This document shows positions 1 through 12,491 of a stretch of DNA of 64,000 bases, one piece after another; the stretch's first letter is position 1; each line of letters opens with the position of its first letter. A program made the translations under genes and the position numbers. The notes under the pieces were generated by a model. The model saw only the letters and a program-made list of their open reading frames with translations, did no database searches and was not told the origin of the DNA. Where the stretch lies: assembly GCA_002633005.1 (NCBI GenBank), contig NMRA01000130.1:62001-126000 (forward strand), read 5' to 3'. The DNA is from Phoronis australis. Lineage: Eukaryota > Animalia > Phoronida.

Positions 1-183
1 TGTTAGTACATATGTAGATGAGAAATAAACAAGCATTACCCCCGAAATACAGGGAAATCAAATATGTTTCCATTTACAGACCACTGAGCCAAGAGTGTAT
101 GTATTACTTCAGGCTGGGGCCTGTTCCATGAGACTCGAGACTTACGACAGAAATTTGATCCTACGCTCAGCCTACACATAATT

Positions 184-256
184 TATAAAAAATATCTGCG
201 GTTCTCGATGTTATGTGTTTATAAAAATTATCTGTGGTTCTCGATGTTATGTGTTT
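184..256. repeat. ~36 bp tandem duplication
   Basis: Two adjacent copies of ATAAAAA.TATCTG(C/T)GGTTCTCGATGTTATGTGTTT. Confidence 0.8.
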
Positions 257-611
257 GTTATGTAAGATTTTGTACTCTTGATTAAATGAGACTAAATTAT
301 TTTCAAAAATAGTTGTTTGGAGCCTAAGGCCAAATTTCTCACTAGTGTCTGGTCGCTTTTCATGACACAGGTAGCGCTCATTTTAAGCATTCTACTAATT
401 TTTGTACAAGTACAATATAATCCGTTTATTTATTCCCACTACATTACGTGGTGGAATGAGAAACTAAGATATTACAACGCAGATGTCTTTGGCCAAGAGT
501 CGTTTAACTAAGTCTCCAATATATTTCATGCAAAATACATGATTGTCGAGCGTATATAGTGGCGAACGTCAAAACCCGGCGAATTGTAAGTAAGTTCATA
601 TTTTCGCATAG

Positions 612-817
612 GTTACGAAAGAATGAAGCGGTCGCTATCTGACGGTAATGTTCTTCGCCGGTCGGGCGCCACCATCGCACCTGACTTGGACATCATTAAT
701 CAATATGACGACACTTCATCCAACAACAACACAATAACCAACAACAGTGCTCCATCCAACGAAGGAAAAATCGAGGAGCATACTGTGGCAGACACAGACG
801 AGCTAAATAGACTGTGA
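612..817 (+). CDS. Probable terminal coding exon of an upstream gene (unknown product)
   Basis: Acceptor TTTTCGCATAG ends at 611. An open frame YERMKRSLSDGNVLRRSG...DTDELNRL runs to TGA at 815-817, with protein-like composition. No family recognised. Confidence 0.4.
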
Positions 818-1633
818 ACTGGGACACGTCCCGTAGACCCAGTTTCTGGCTAGAAAGAATAGATGGCGCACTACCACGCAAAATCACGCGAGTGTTTCAT
901 GAATATGCTCGAGATCTTACTAACCTAACCTAACGAAATGACGACAACTGGATTGGTCTGTGAGGTTGGAATGTTGAATTCTGGGATAGAATCCACTATT
1001 TCCTTTGTTTAAGCAAGATAGATTTCTTGCAGCAAGTTTATGATTAATGTGTCAGATCGTAGCCCTAGACTGCGTCCCGTACATGCAAGACAACTCGCGA
1101 GTGAAGCTGTGAGTGTGATCAAGTGCTTCGCTCGTACAGCGAAGACTTGGGGACACTCTCGCCCTTAACAAGAAACATGATCTATGGGTATGTTTCACTA
1201 AAGGCAGTAACTGAACTTCACGACGTCGTTTTACACAGGTACTACATTTACACCGTGCCAAAATTCAGAAGTTTTCGTGTAGAATATGTGTAAAAACTTC
1301 GTAACGTTACGACATATATAATGAGACAGGAAACTGTTCAAATGACTTTCGAACTGTTGACGTAGGCTATCTACTAGCTTGAAATTTGGGATACTTAAAG
1401 AAACAACCCAGGTATTCAACACTGCTTTTTTCCGTCATCGGATTAAGTATAACGACAACCGAAGAAGTGCGACTCTTGGAGTATAGCGAAGACTTACTTT
1501 CTAGTAACGACACCACAAAATAATTTTCACTTTTAAAAGAGGCCTGGAACGCGAAAAACAGGCTAAACTGCATAATTCAAATTGGTTCTCTGCCACTGAA
1601 ACAGAATTTAACCTGTTCACCAGGTATTTTACG

Positions 1634-1699
1634 TATATCAAATAAACACAGAAAAATCAGAAACTGGGGTTCCTGATTTTTCTGTGTTTATTTGATATA
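1634..1699. repeat. Perfect inverted repeat (27 bp arms, 12 nt loop)
   Basis: TATATCAAATAAACACAGAAAAATCAG (1634-1660) is the exact reverse complement of 1673-1699. Confidence 0.9.
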
Positions 1700-2902
1700 T
1701 TTCATTACTGGCCAACCTCAGCGTGTATATATTAGGTATTTTAGGGTTCATTCGTAAAAAATGCAAATTTCTGTTGATGTCAAAGCATTTTTTTAAATTC
1801 GACAAAGTAATAATGAGATAAATGGTATTTTTGAAAGAATGGGGTTAAATGAAAATATAAGTATTCATTTAGACCAATTTCCGTTATAAAATTGGTCTTA
1901 CGTTGTTCTTTTATTCAGATTTTACTGGTTTTAGGAACGATGGCCACTTCGTTCTTGCTCGAGTCCACGCAGTAACCATGTCTGACCCGGTGGTTCGTTT
2001 CATGGCGCGAGTATGACCTCGAGCAATTTTAAGCACTTCGAACTTTTCCAATTAAGACTTTTGGAAGTCATATTTCAAAGAAAGGGGTAGAAAATATGAT
2101 ACTAACATGACGTCATAGAAGAAACATTATGTTTATCAATCTCGTCAGTTATATTTTTACATTGATTACAAATACACAAACTACAGAGTATAGATTTATA
2201 ATGGCAAGTAGTCTAAACCCAAAGTTATTTTTGACAGAACGCAGGTTCATGATTGTAAATAACTGGATTCGAGAATCTTCTATTTCTAAACTTCTGTTGA
2301 TTCTCTCTACTTAGGGAGAAAGAACGTACATGTAGAAGATTCAGTGTATGTATTAGATGAACAATGAAATCGAAGTCGCTTTTGTAATCGCATTGAAATA
2401 TTCTACCTGACTGAAAAGTAAGTAAAAGTATCGTGGATACGCAGTTGCGTGCAACTGATTGTTTATCCCCCAGGAATCAATTTCGATAATGTGACTCAAC
2501 AAAGACATGGCAACAGTTTGAGTGAAAAATGATCAAAACACATGTTAAAGAATTTGTTGCTGAAGTACAGTTGCAAAGGACCTCCACAACAATTACTTCG
2601 CGCTTGTGGAACTTCTTAGAAGTAACCGTGGTAATCTAGGCAGGATTGGCCAAACTGCATTTGTCGGAACCATTGAATCAAGTGGCCGTTAGAATATTCA
2701 TTTGTTCACGCCCTGACGTGAGCTCAGCTGACTGAACGCATAATTCGTGACTATACCATCGCAAGTCTTCGTGACCCACTACATAGGCCGGTCTTGTGCT
2801 CTTGCCTATTGGTCAACGTGCTTTTACTTGAGCAACGTTTGCAGTACCATAAAAAATTGTTTCGCTGAGTTCATAAATAATGACACTCGCTCGTCTTAAT
2901 TG

Positions 2903-3931
2903 TCACATTTGTTTTACGCATCCACATCGTATCTTCGTAAGGCAGCTGTCTCCTTTTGCTCTTACCATCTGGCGTAACTTAGAAGAGGCACAAAATAGCA
3001 CAATCGGGTTGATCAAAGAAGAGCCTTGAACGCTTACATGACCGGCCATAAGAAAAAACGTAGCGTTGACTGAACCAAGAATCTTGCTAACTGCGTGAGA
3101 CGAGTAGTAAAGAACTACAATAGGCAGTCCACAAAGAGAGCAGCCAACGAGAATTATTGCTGTAGACTTGGTCACTGCGTTTCGTGCCTTCGTCGAGCCG
3201 CTAGTGTTTCCGCTTGTGTTTCTAATGGTTGTGTCTTGAAGTGTAACTTTGGCCGTCTCCTTCTTGATGATAACGAATATGGCAATGTAGAGACAGAATG
3301 CCACACTGATGGGAATTAGCGTGTTCCAGGCTAAAGCTATGGAAACGAGATTATAATTTAAAGCAATCATGTGTTCACAAGCATTGAAACGTTCCATGGT
3401 TCCGCGAGAAACGTTGACGCCAAGTTCAGTGTAAACTGAAGCGATTGAAATGCTTGTCATTATGATCAGGGAAATTATGGCGATGACTAAGCGCTTGGTG
3501 GACATTATTCTTTGATAATCGAGCTGACACTTTGTCGCAACAAACCTGTCGATAGCGAGGAGAGTGTGCGTGAACAAAGAGTAACCCAACGGAAATAGAT
3601 ACAGGGATTCCAGCGCAAACTTGAGGTGGACACGAGCGCACAGACTTCTGCTGAAGGATTCTGGGAGGAGCACGTGACTTGTTTGCACGATCATGTGTAC
3701 CGGAATGCCGAAGCCTGACGCAGTCAGGTCAGTGATACATTGAAATTTGAGCAGCAAAGTGGTGGACACCGAGAACAACTTATATTTAATGAGAACGAAC
3801 AGAAGAAAAGAATTGACTGCGATAGATGACGTCATAATGAAGCACTGTAGAGCAAAAAGCACGCGGTAACCTGTATTCACGTCGATAGTCACACCCGAGT
3901 GGTTGGACGAGCTGCTATTGTTGATATTCAT
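2903..3931 (-). CDS. Divergent rhodopsin-like (class A) GPCR, single coding exon, ~342 aa
   Basis: First plausible ATG at 3931 (MNINNSSSSNHS, with N-glycosylation sequons). Seven hydrophobic segments, TM2 CITDL, TM3 LAIDRF, TM6 CGLP, TM7 INPIVL. A splice acceptor (TTTCCTGTTTCAG) at 3977-3978 just upstream implies a further 5' exon. Confidence 0.88.
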   Translation of the reverse strand: MNINNSSSSNHSGVTIDVNTGYRVLFALQCFIMTSSIAVNSFLLFVLIKYKLFSVSTTLLLKFQCITDLTASGFGIPVHMIVQTSHVLLPESFSRSLCARVHLKFALESLYLFPLGYSLFTHTLLAIDRFVATKCQLDYQRIMSTKRLVIAIISLIIMTSISIASVYTELGVNVSRGTMERFNACEHMIALNYNLVSIALAWNTLIPISVAFCLYIAIFVIIKKETAKVTLQDTTIRNTSGNTSGSTKARNAVTKSTAIILVGCSLCGLPIVVLYYSSHAVSKILGSVNATFFLMAGHVSVQGSSLINPIVLFCASSKLRQMVRAKGDSCLTKIRCGCVKQM

Positions 3932-6861
3932 CCCTGTGTTTGGAACGATTTGCGAAGATAAACAGAAAATTTTGTTCTGAAACAGGAAATACATATATAT
4001 AAATATATAAATACATCCATCCAACAGTCGCTGTTGCCAGCTTTCTACCAACAACTGAATCAGGTTTCATTGAAACGATACATAGAGTTGACAACTCTGC
4101 TTGTATGCCCGTCTTCCTGCTGTCACAGTGTGGTTCACTATTTATTTCGCTTCGTATAAGTTCATTTCAATCATTGCCTGACGATGAGGCATGCAGTCTT
4201 AAAATATAATTAATGTTTTAATTTGTTCAGTTGTCTCTTATGTCTCTCGGTGTTTTGCTACATAGGTGCACGACTGAAGAAATGGGATTGCTTCAACACT
4301 ACGAGCGAGTCTCTATTAAATGTCAAACAAAAAGTCCAGTCGTGTTTGCAACGAAGTTTGTGAATTGGCAACTCTTTAAGCGACCTGGAAATATTTGGGC
4401 CCCCTAACCTGGGCTGCAATGCGCGTAGACGCAAGAAACTCATGAAAACGCGAGATATCTCCAGGCATTTCACGCGAAACACATGATGATACTAAATACG
4501 TACTCAATCTGTAAATGAAGTAGATGGACCCTTTGGAACACGTGTATTGACTAAATTTTCTAAATAAAAACTTTAGTGAGATAGTTGCGATGTCCAACTG
4601 AACCAAAATTCAGTAGCGGTTGATAATGAACACAGAAGAGCTGATGGATGACAGAAGTCACCGGTAAGGGATATTTCACCATTGCTTACAAGTATCTGTC
4701 AATAATGAACCGTTTGAACTGAAAAGCTCATCCGGTCTTGAGTCGTTGCCCATTGAGCCGGCAACTCAAGTCATAGACAATTTGGGAATTTGCAAATTTA
4801 GGGTTGGCCAACCTCAATAGGTTCTGAAGCGTTTTGTACAGTCGCTGATGGTTTCGATTTTTATGTTGGCAACGGAAAAGGAATTCTATCGTGGTAAGGA
4901 ATATTTGAGACCGGTTTTCATTTTTCAGGGGGAAATGCGTTCGAACATGTTGCACGCAAATTTCTTTTCCCCCACGCCTTTTTCTCAAAAGTGCCTTTAT
5001 ACCGAAAAGTTAGCGTTGTGATTTGAGTAACGACGTCAAAAGTGAACCAATCAAATTCAGTCACTTTCATCACACCTACTCCCCTATTTGGGCAGTCGTC
5101 GAGGCTTTCATCAGCGTAAACGAAAACGACGGCGTTCTTTGGAACTGGCCTTTTTAAGCGTCAGGTTTCTTTAATTTTGGACAGTGGATCTTTGCGATCC
5201 TTTGTGAGCAAAACAGAGGGGCATTATTTTTATTATCCTGGTATGTTAATTCGTAACAAATCTTTGATGAAAACCGTTACTTGGCAAAACTGCAAGCAAA
5301 GCCAACTCATTTTGGGTAATCCTGGTATTCCCATGGAGGCATATTTCAATATGTTAGAACATTCCTCTTTTCATAGAACTGTAGAATTGGAATGTCAACT
5401 ACCGCACGTGACCCATTCTTGTTAGACCCAGTCTCAAGATGGCGCTGATCGGTTAAGCGGGGTTGGCAACGAGGCTGGTGTTAGAGCCAGTGATGCGTGT
5501 TCCAATCTCTCTTGTTGACCGTAACACACGCTACATGTTTCAGTATCACTTATTTTTACTTTCTGAAGAAATGAATATTTCTATGTAAAGTCCAACTCTA
5601 CAACCAACGTAATGACTATATTTCAAAGCAACGATTATAGATGTTTACCAGAAAACCTTTATCTGCAAATTTCGGATAGTTGTAGTAATTTTTCACATTT
5701 TTGTAAATGTCACTGCATCCTTTATTTTTACTGAAGAATATAACTGTATCAAATGGTACCACCAAAAATCTAATTAATATACAAAGACGTATAATTTTCG
5801 ATGAATGCCTGACTAAATTCATCACAATAACTGTGAGGGATATCTTTATCTGGTACAAATCTTTTGAATCATTGAAACTATTTACCGGCTGATTTGATTG
5901 GCCATTTATTTAACCTCTCTTGATTCATTTCGTTTTTTGTTATTGTTACACCTTAATTAATTGACATTACGAATTAATTAGTCGTTTAATTAGTTAGTTA
6001 ATCACCCAGTTAGTACGGGAAGGGTTTCAGTATTACAGGCATACAAAATTATAAAAATTTAGGAATTAAAGTATTCATCTTTTACTTCTAATGTAATCAC
6101 ACATCACCTAGAGCTTATGAAGGGCTTTCTGATGATAAGACTCTTATGCAAGTCGGTTGAAAGACGGCGGGGTTGCGAAAAATTTTAGAGACAGCAAGGA
6201 AGGTGACACTGTCCCACCGGCCTATGTGGTGTTAAAATATACATTTCTGTTATTTTTGGTCCTGGGTACATGATTTTGGTATCGTATTAAAGCTCAGGTG
6301 GGGCTCTGATCATGTGGAAATATTTTAAGGAAATTGTAAATTTTCGAAATTATTATAATGCGTCTGTATCACGTTACGACTACCAGCTATGCAGCGGTAC
6401 TACCTACTGTCGGCTTCCCGAATCGCAGCAGGTGATCCTCTGTTCGATAATGTTTGGGGCCATTAGATCACAAAATATTTCGAAAATGCAGATGAAATTT
6501 GTTCGAAAGAAGTTTTCGGTGACAGCAGTTCTAAACTTACTTCGTTTGTTCTAAACAAACATACTTCCCTAAGCCCTATGTTCCATACCAACAGAAATGT
6601 AGACTTGGGGTGTAGCTTCATGTTGTAACTATCCCCTAAAACAGCTTTCACCTTTAAAATTGTGACAAAACGATACATCAGAAAAATGAACTGTCCGATA
6701 TATTTCCATCAAATATGTTTAAAACTACTACAAACCAGTTTTCTGTTAAAATATATAACAGCTGATTTACCCCAAATTACGTTGTTCTTTTCTCAGATTA
6801 GAAATTGTTTTTTTGGGGGGGATTTGGGAAGAATAGACAGATGGTTCTTGCTCGAGACCAG

Positions 6862-7081
6862 GGACCCGTTCCAAAAAACTGACTTAAGATTTGTCTCAAC
6901 CCCCCAACCATCCCCATCTGACAAATTAGTCAGACTAAAGGCAAAACTTAAGTTAAAAACTCAAGTCAAACTTAAGATCACTTTCTTGGAACGGACTTAA
7001 GAGAATTTTTTAAGTTTTATCTTAAAACTGACTAAAGTTTAAGATTTGTCTTTGCTACGTCAGTTTTCGTAGAACAGGCCC
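6862..7081. mobile_element. PIF/Harbinger-type MITE
   Basis: Imperfect TIRs GGACCCGTTCCAAAAAACTGAC / GTCAGTTTTCGTAGAACAGGCCC. CAG flanks both sides (6859-6861, 7082-7084) as a 3 bp TSD. A related end (CTGGGGCCTGTTCC) occurs at ~114. Confidence 0.7.
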
Positions 7082-7739
7082 CAGTCAATATCTCGATTGG
7101 ACCCGATGAGTCATTTCATGCACCGAGCAAGACCTCATCCAATAAGAAGCTCGTGAACCACTTCTAATCTGAGTACGGAATGATACGAGAATAGTTTATA
7201 ACGGCAATTACAAGTACAAAAATTACCAATCTTTTTCTTCTTACCTATTCAAAGTAAATCCTGGACCCATCAAACGTCACATTATCATAGAACGCAGCTG
7301 CGTCCAAATTTATGCGTTTCACTCTCAACGAATTGCTTACGTAAATGAAAAATTTAAGCTCATCAAATTTAATGCCAATTAACAATCTGGCATTGCGTCG
7401 TGTTTCAGAGAAATGAATAAGAAAGGCGATATTAACAAGACGACATAAATATCATTAAAGGTTAATTGGGAAGTCGAGATACACCTGCGACTTGACTCGT
7501 GCGTATTTTGCAAAATTTTTAAACGTCGACCCATGAATTGCGGACTTACTCTGTTTTTCGAAAAAACCCGCATGAATGTACGGAGCCCCAGAAGTAACAT
7601 GAAAAAATTATCATACGGGAACGAAATAAACGCCCGGATTTGAGTACGTGCTAGTCTCGAACTAAGAGATCGATCTAAAATTTTAATGCAAAATTAGCGC
7701 CGGCGTAGCAGGAGAGAGTCCGGGGGTCAAAACAGTCAA

Positions 7740-7914
7740 GCCCCCACACAATATACACCTATATATTAGCCTCGAATGGCACATACAACCGTGTAATAAC
7801 CCATAAAGTTATCACACTAGTGAGATAACATTTTGGCGGGAAACCGAGGCCGGATTCGAACCCGGGCCTCAAGAGTTTTGAGTCGCCGACTTTACCACTA
7901 CACCACTCAGCGGC
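7740..7914 (-). mobile_element. tRNA-derived SINE
   Basis: Minus strand head 7914-7843 has A box TGGTGTAGTGG and B box GGTTCGAATCC, but no proper acceptor stem. The 3' body boundary is approximate. Confidence 0.7.
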
Positions 7915-8314
7915 TGACGGCATTGAACGTGAAAATAAAATACTAAATGAGCACGTGCAACAATCGCATGTTCAGCAAAGGGCATTGCACCGACATTTAT
8001 ACGCTATGAAAAATAAGAGGCATAATTTAGATAAAAATGATATTTTAATTCAATGAAATTTTTCTCTCGTATTCAGGTGTTCTCTCACTTGTAAATCACC
8101 GATCTCCAATTTGAATGCGGGTATCGTGTCGTCGGGATCCTTTGACTTGAGCATTATAGCCAATTACTAGTGGTAACCTACTTTAGCAGACGATATTTTC
8201 CCGGTCGAAGCTTTGTAGAATTATCACCCTCGGGGCTAACGCCCCCCGGGCGATAATTCTCCAAAATCCACTCGGGCTCTTGATATCGGGGGATAACGAC
8301 TTCGCCATGTAATA

Positions 8315-8357
8315 ATCTATCTATCTATCTATATCTATATCTATATCTATATATATA
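8315..8357. repeat. (TCTA)/(TATATC) microsatellite
   Basis: Directly visible tandem units. Confidence 0.85.
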
Positions 8358-10057
8358 GTTCCACGAAAGCTATGGATACGTCAGACTGTCTAAAAGGTTA
8401 CCACGGTTCACATTTGCCATGTGTGTGGTTTACACTCTAAAATATCATACGTGCACTTCACACCAGACACATTGCCACCCTTTCAACCAACTCGTGTTTG
8501 TTCGGAAGAATTGCACTATGAAACCGACCCTGTCGCAACAAAATGGTAAGACTGTGTAACAAAACAGACCCATTGGAAAACGTCAAATGAAATCGATTAT
8601 ACCGACTCTGGGGTATTTTCCAAAAGGGGAGGGGCGTATTTTCCGAAACTGTCAAACATTTTATCTAGCTTTGTTAAACAAACATTAGTGATTTTTTTAA
8701 AGAAACGCGTCCTTTGTAATGTATGTAATTGTATGTCACTGGTACCAATTTTATTCGTCCCTACTTCACGTTTGGCAAATACAGTTTGTTAAAATTGTCC
8801 TTCATAATGTTAGATACCAACAAATATCTCGTCACATGATAGTGATTTGAGCGAAATCGCAACCCCCTCGCCAAAATACAGCTTTGCTTCAAAACACGGA
8901 TTATATAACGAGTCTTTCAGATTTTCGAGACATGCTAACAGTTACCGAAAATACCCACATGGTTGTACTTTTTGAAAATTTTCAGAAAACACATTAATGG
9001 GCCTGCATGCTTTGGGGTGAGTCTATATTTTCGGAAATTCCCGGCAGTTGGGATTTGACGTGTAGGATTGGTGAAGTCGAACTATTCATGAAGTATTCAC
9101 TTTACAAATTTTGTAATATCAACCCGGGATGGATCACAGAGTCATCCGGGACTTTATAAAAGTTACGATATCACGGTTTATAGTAATTATTTAGCAAACT
9201 GCGCTGAGAACAGCAGAGCAAATTTACACTGTCAGAAACGAAATTCCTTGGGCATTGTGTTTTTTGGAAACAAAGACAATTCTGGAACCACGGCAGCGAA
9301 CGACAAGTGGTCTGACGCGTCCAAAACTGTTCAGAAAGCAGAAGTTGACAGTAAATTAATGGAGTTTTATGTCAGGTGTGTAACAGATTTGTGTTTTTCT
9401 CTTGTGATGGCATCGCGCCGCAAAAAGGCAAACACTGTCAGCAGATCAATGGACCTCGGTGGGAACTCGCAAGCATTTACAAAGAAGACGCTAAAAGTGA
9501 AAGAAACACTTCGGAGGAAGTGTCCCACATTTACACAGAGAATGACGAGAAGGTAAAACAAAATGTCCATGATTTAAGAAATGTAAAGAAATATCCAATT
9601 GATGATCTCGATGTGAAAGGGAGAGAAGTGGTGCAGTTGAACGGTAGAAAGAAACCAGAGGAGGTCGAAGACGTTCAACGGGAAGTCATTCAAGTGCCAG
9701 GTACCACTGGGTTCCTTGATGATGCTAATAGTAAGGACAAGTCCTGACATCTGAAAGACACCCCGTTCAAACTTACCACCCAGAAGGCACCACACTGTCA
9801 GATTCCCTCGAGTTGAGTCGACTGAGTCTACAGTTTCGGAGGAAGTGTACCCCATTTCCACACAGAAAAATGGGATGGCTCATTGTCCAAGATCTGGATG
9901 GTATTGGGTAAACCCTTTTCTATCGTGATACGGAAAAGCGTTTTATACTGCGTTCACATGTTGTTCGATCAGCAGGCAGGTCACTTGTTTGATCCGGTGT
10001 CTAAACACTTCAAATTCCACATGTGAATGCCCTCTAACGTCTGAACTGTTTCTTATC

Positions 10058-10272
10058 CAAGGTACCTAAACGACGGTCAACGGACTCATAAACACGGGCA
10101 CGGACGCATGAACACGGGAGCGGACTCACAAAACATGTATATTGTATTTGGGTGCGCGGATCGTGTTTTATGAGTCCGTTCCTGTATTTGTGAGTCAGTG
10201 GACGGTGTTTGCAGGTCTGTGAGTCGTGTTCATGCCGTGTAAGTCCGTTAACGGTGTAGTTTAAGTATCTTG
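10058..10272. mobile_element. Foldback-like MITE with 5 bp TSD
   Basis: TIRs CAAGGTACCTAAAC / GTTTAAGTATCTTG. TTATC is duplicated at 10053-10057 and 10273-10277. Internal ACACGG/CGGACTCA subrepeats occur in both orientations. Confidence 0.75.
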
Positions 10273-10767
10273 TTATCGTCCAACACCTGATCAGACGTCA
10301 CATGGGCCTTGTTATTGTCGTGAGAGCTTTACCGTTTTCAGAGCTCCCAACCCATAGTTAGATTATACTTTCATAAATTGCATACTAATTTTAAACCTCC
10401 CACTCGACATTGACATGTGCAAACCGGCCACCTAGTTTCTCAAAGGCTGACCGTACTCATTAGATGCGTTGGCAACTGCATGACACTATCTGTCGACCCC
10501 ACTCCCAACTTGCAGTTCGTATCGGCTATGACATATAACATTAATAAAAAACGTCACACTTTAACAACAGTACAACCCTAAATAATGAACACCTAGAAGG
10601 TATAAAAATCTAATTTCAACTCTAAAACAGGTCTACAAATTTGTCTAGGCCAAAATGGAACACCGGACCGAGTTACTTGACTATTTTTGCGGTCGAAGTT
10701 ACTCATACCCATTTAGAGAGTGGACTTGCAAAATACCTCCCTGACATAGTCCCGTTGTCGTGGAATC

Positions 10768-12316
10768 AGGGCTTGGAATGACCCATGACAAAAAAGAGGT
10801 AATTTTTACGGCCCTAAATACACATTTCTATCTAAACCATACCTCAACAGATCGAAAATTACTGTGTCGTGTTGGCAAAACGCACTCATCTTAAGCAGTA
10901 CCTGATATCTATTTCAGCAACAACAACGAAGGCAATTAGATGCAACAAAAATATTTTCTAAATTAAAATAATAACGATAATGATGAAAAATTTGCAGTCT
11001 GAGTGGCAGGAGCTTCATTCTTGATTTGCTGCACTGAGGGAGACCTATAAAATTATTTTCAATTCTTATAATTACGATCATACAAAATTACAAAAAGAAT
11101 ATTGAAAAATCGATCCATAGATTATCTAGAAAGCCTGAAATATATACACATTTAATTCAAACAAAAATTTTGATTCCAACGTAAATGGAAAAAAGTCGAG
11201 ACGAAAACCTGTGGCTCATACCCCAACTGTTAGCATGGAAAAAATGAAAGTCAAAAACAACATACTTTATAGAATGCATCAATCACAATCCTTTTCAATT
11301 TGAAACAGTAATTACAGGAGTTAATTGTTTATAAGCCACGCTGGTGTAGAAGAAACTATAATAAATAAAGTTCTATCAGGACACTGAAAATAGTCTGTCA
11401 GAATTTGTAAACAATGGCTTAGACCAATCAGATCATTCAGAATCTGTCACGTGATCACTTCTCTAAAACTGCAAAAGCTCGAGTCCCAAAATAGAACACG
11501 AAAAATGTCAAGATAAATTGAAATACATAAAAGGCAATTTAAAACTCATTTACAGTAACGAAAATAGCACTTTGTATCCCGTTTCGGCGGCACATAGAAA
11601 ATCGCACTCAAGCCGTCAGGCCTAGCTAGGCCTAGGCCCTAGGGCTTAGCAGCCAACGGCAACGGGCGTGCATGTGGGATCAAACAAAAGAATTTCATAC
11701 ATCACTCACATCCCACGATTCCAATCCAACGAATAACCGGTTACGGTTGAATTTCCTTTCAGGAAGCATTGTTATTTCTAGTATTTCATCGTTTTCGGCG
11801 GTCCTCCGACTCCAATTTAGTCCGAAGCGACTCCCCCACGCACTTATGTTGTTTGTGAAGACATTTACCGTTTCTTTTATCCACTTTTCCACGAAATATT
11901 CTGTCTACTCCACGCTCCACGCATTTTTGACCACAGAATCGCACTATTTGTCGCCGCGATTTTTTACCAAATGCAGACGCCATTGATGAACCACGCTATC
12001 CCAGGCACAGGCGCTTGAATTTATCTGTTCCTCGATTGCCGCTGACGTCATTCACTACTAAGAAAGCACGTTTCTTGTGGTTACGAGTCATCGGGAAATT
12101 CGAGCGCCTGTGATCCGCAATTACAATTTTCGTTCCTTCGAAACATAAAGAACAGTTTCCGCTTTTCGAGCCGTCGGCAACGCCGAGGTGAGAAACCAAT
12201 TTGCCGCGATAATTTTATGGCAAATCCTATTTTTCCGCGGAAATATAACGAAAATACGCCGAGGGACTAAAAGAAAAAAGCGGAAATCCGCGTTTCCGCA
12301 GAAAATTCCAAGCCTA
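10768..12316. mobile_element. Non-autonomous hAT-like DNA transposon
   Basis: TIRs AGGGCTTGGAAT / ATTCCAAGCCTA, with a perfect 8 bp TSD GTGGAATC (10760-10767, 12317-12324). GCGGAAAT subterminal repeats near the right end. Confidence 0.8.
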
Positions 12317-12376
12317 GTGGAATCATTGTTTTAGAATCACAACCTTATACCAGGGTTAATTAAGGTAGGCCTAAAA

Positions 12377-12491
12377 TATTCTTTCCGGCTTAGGGTTTTT
12401 GACAGGCGTATTTTTAATCCATTTAAATATAAGGTAAATATTTATTCCGGCTTCGGGTTTTTGACAGGTGTATTTTTAATCCATTTAAATA
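12377..12491. repeat. ~61 bp tandem duplication
   Basis: Two copies of TTCCGGCTT.GGGTTTTTGACAGG.GTATTTTTAATCCATTTAAATA. Confidence 0.85.

Noticed and set aside
3932-4054. N-terminal extension of the GPCR from the ORF track
   Set aside because: It starts at TTG and crosses a splice acceptor and AT-rich intron sequence.
7843-7914. Functional tRNA gene
   Set aside because: A and B boxes are present, but the acceptor and anticodon stems do not pair properly. A SINE head is more likely.
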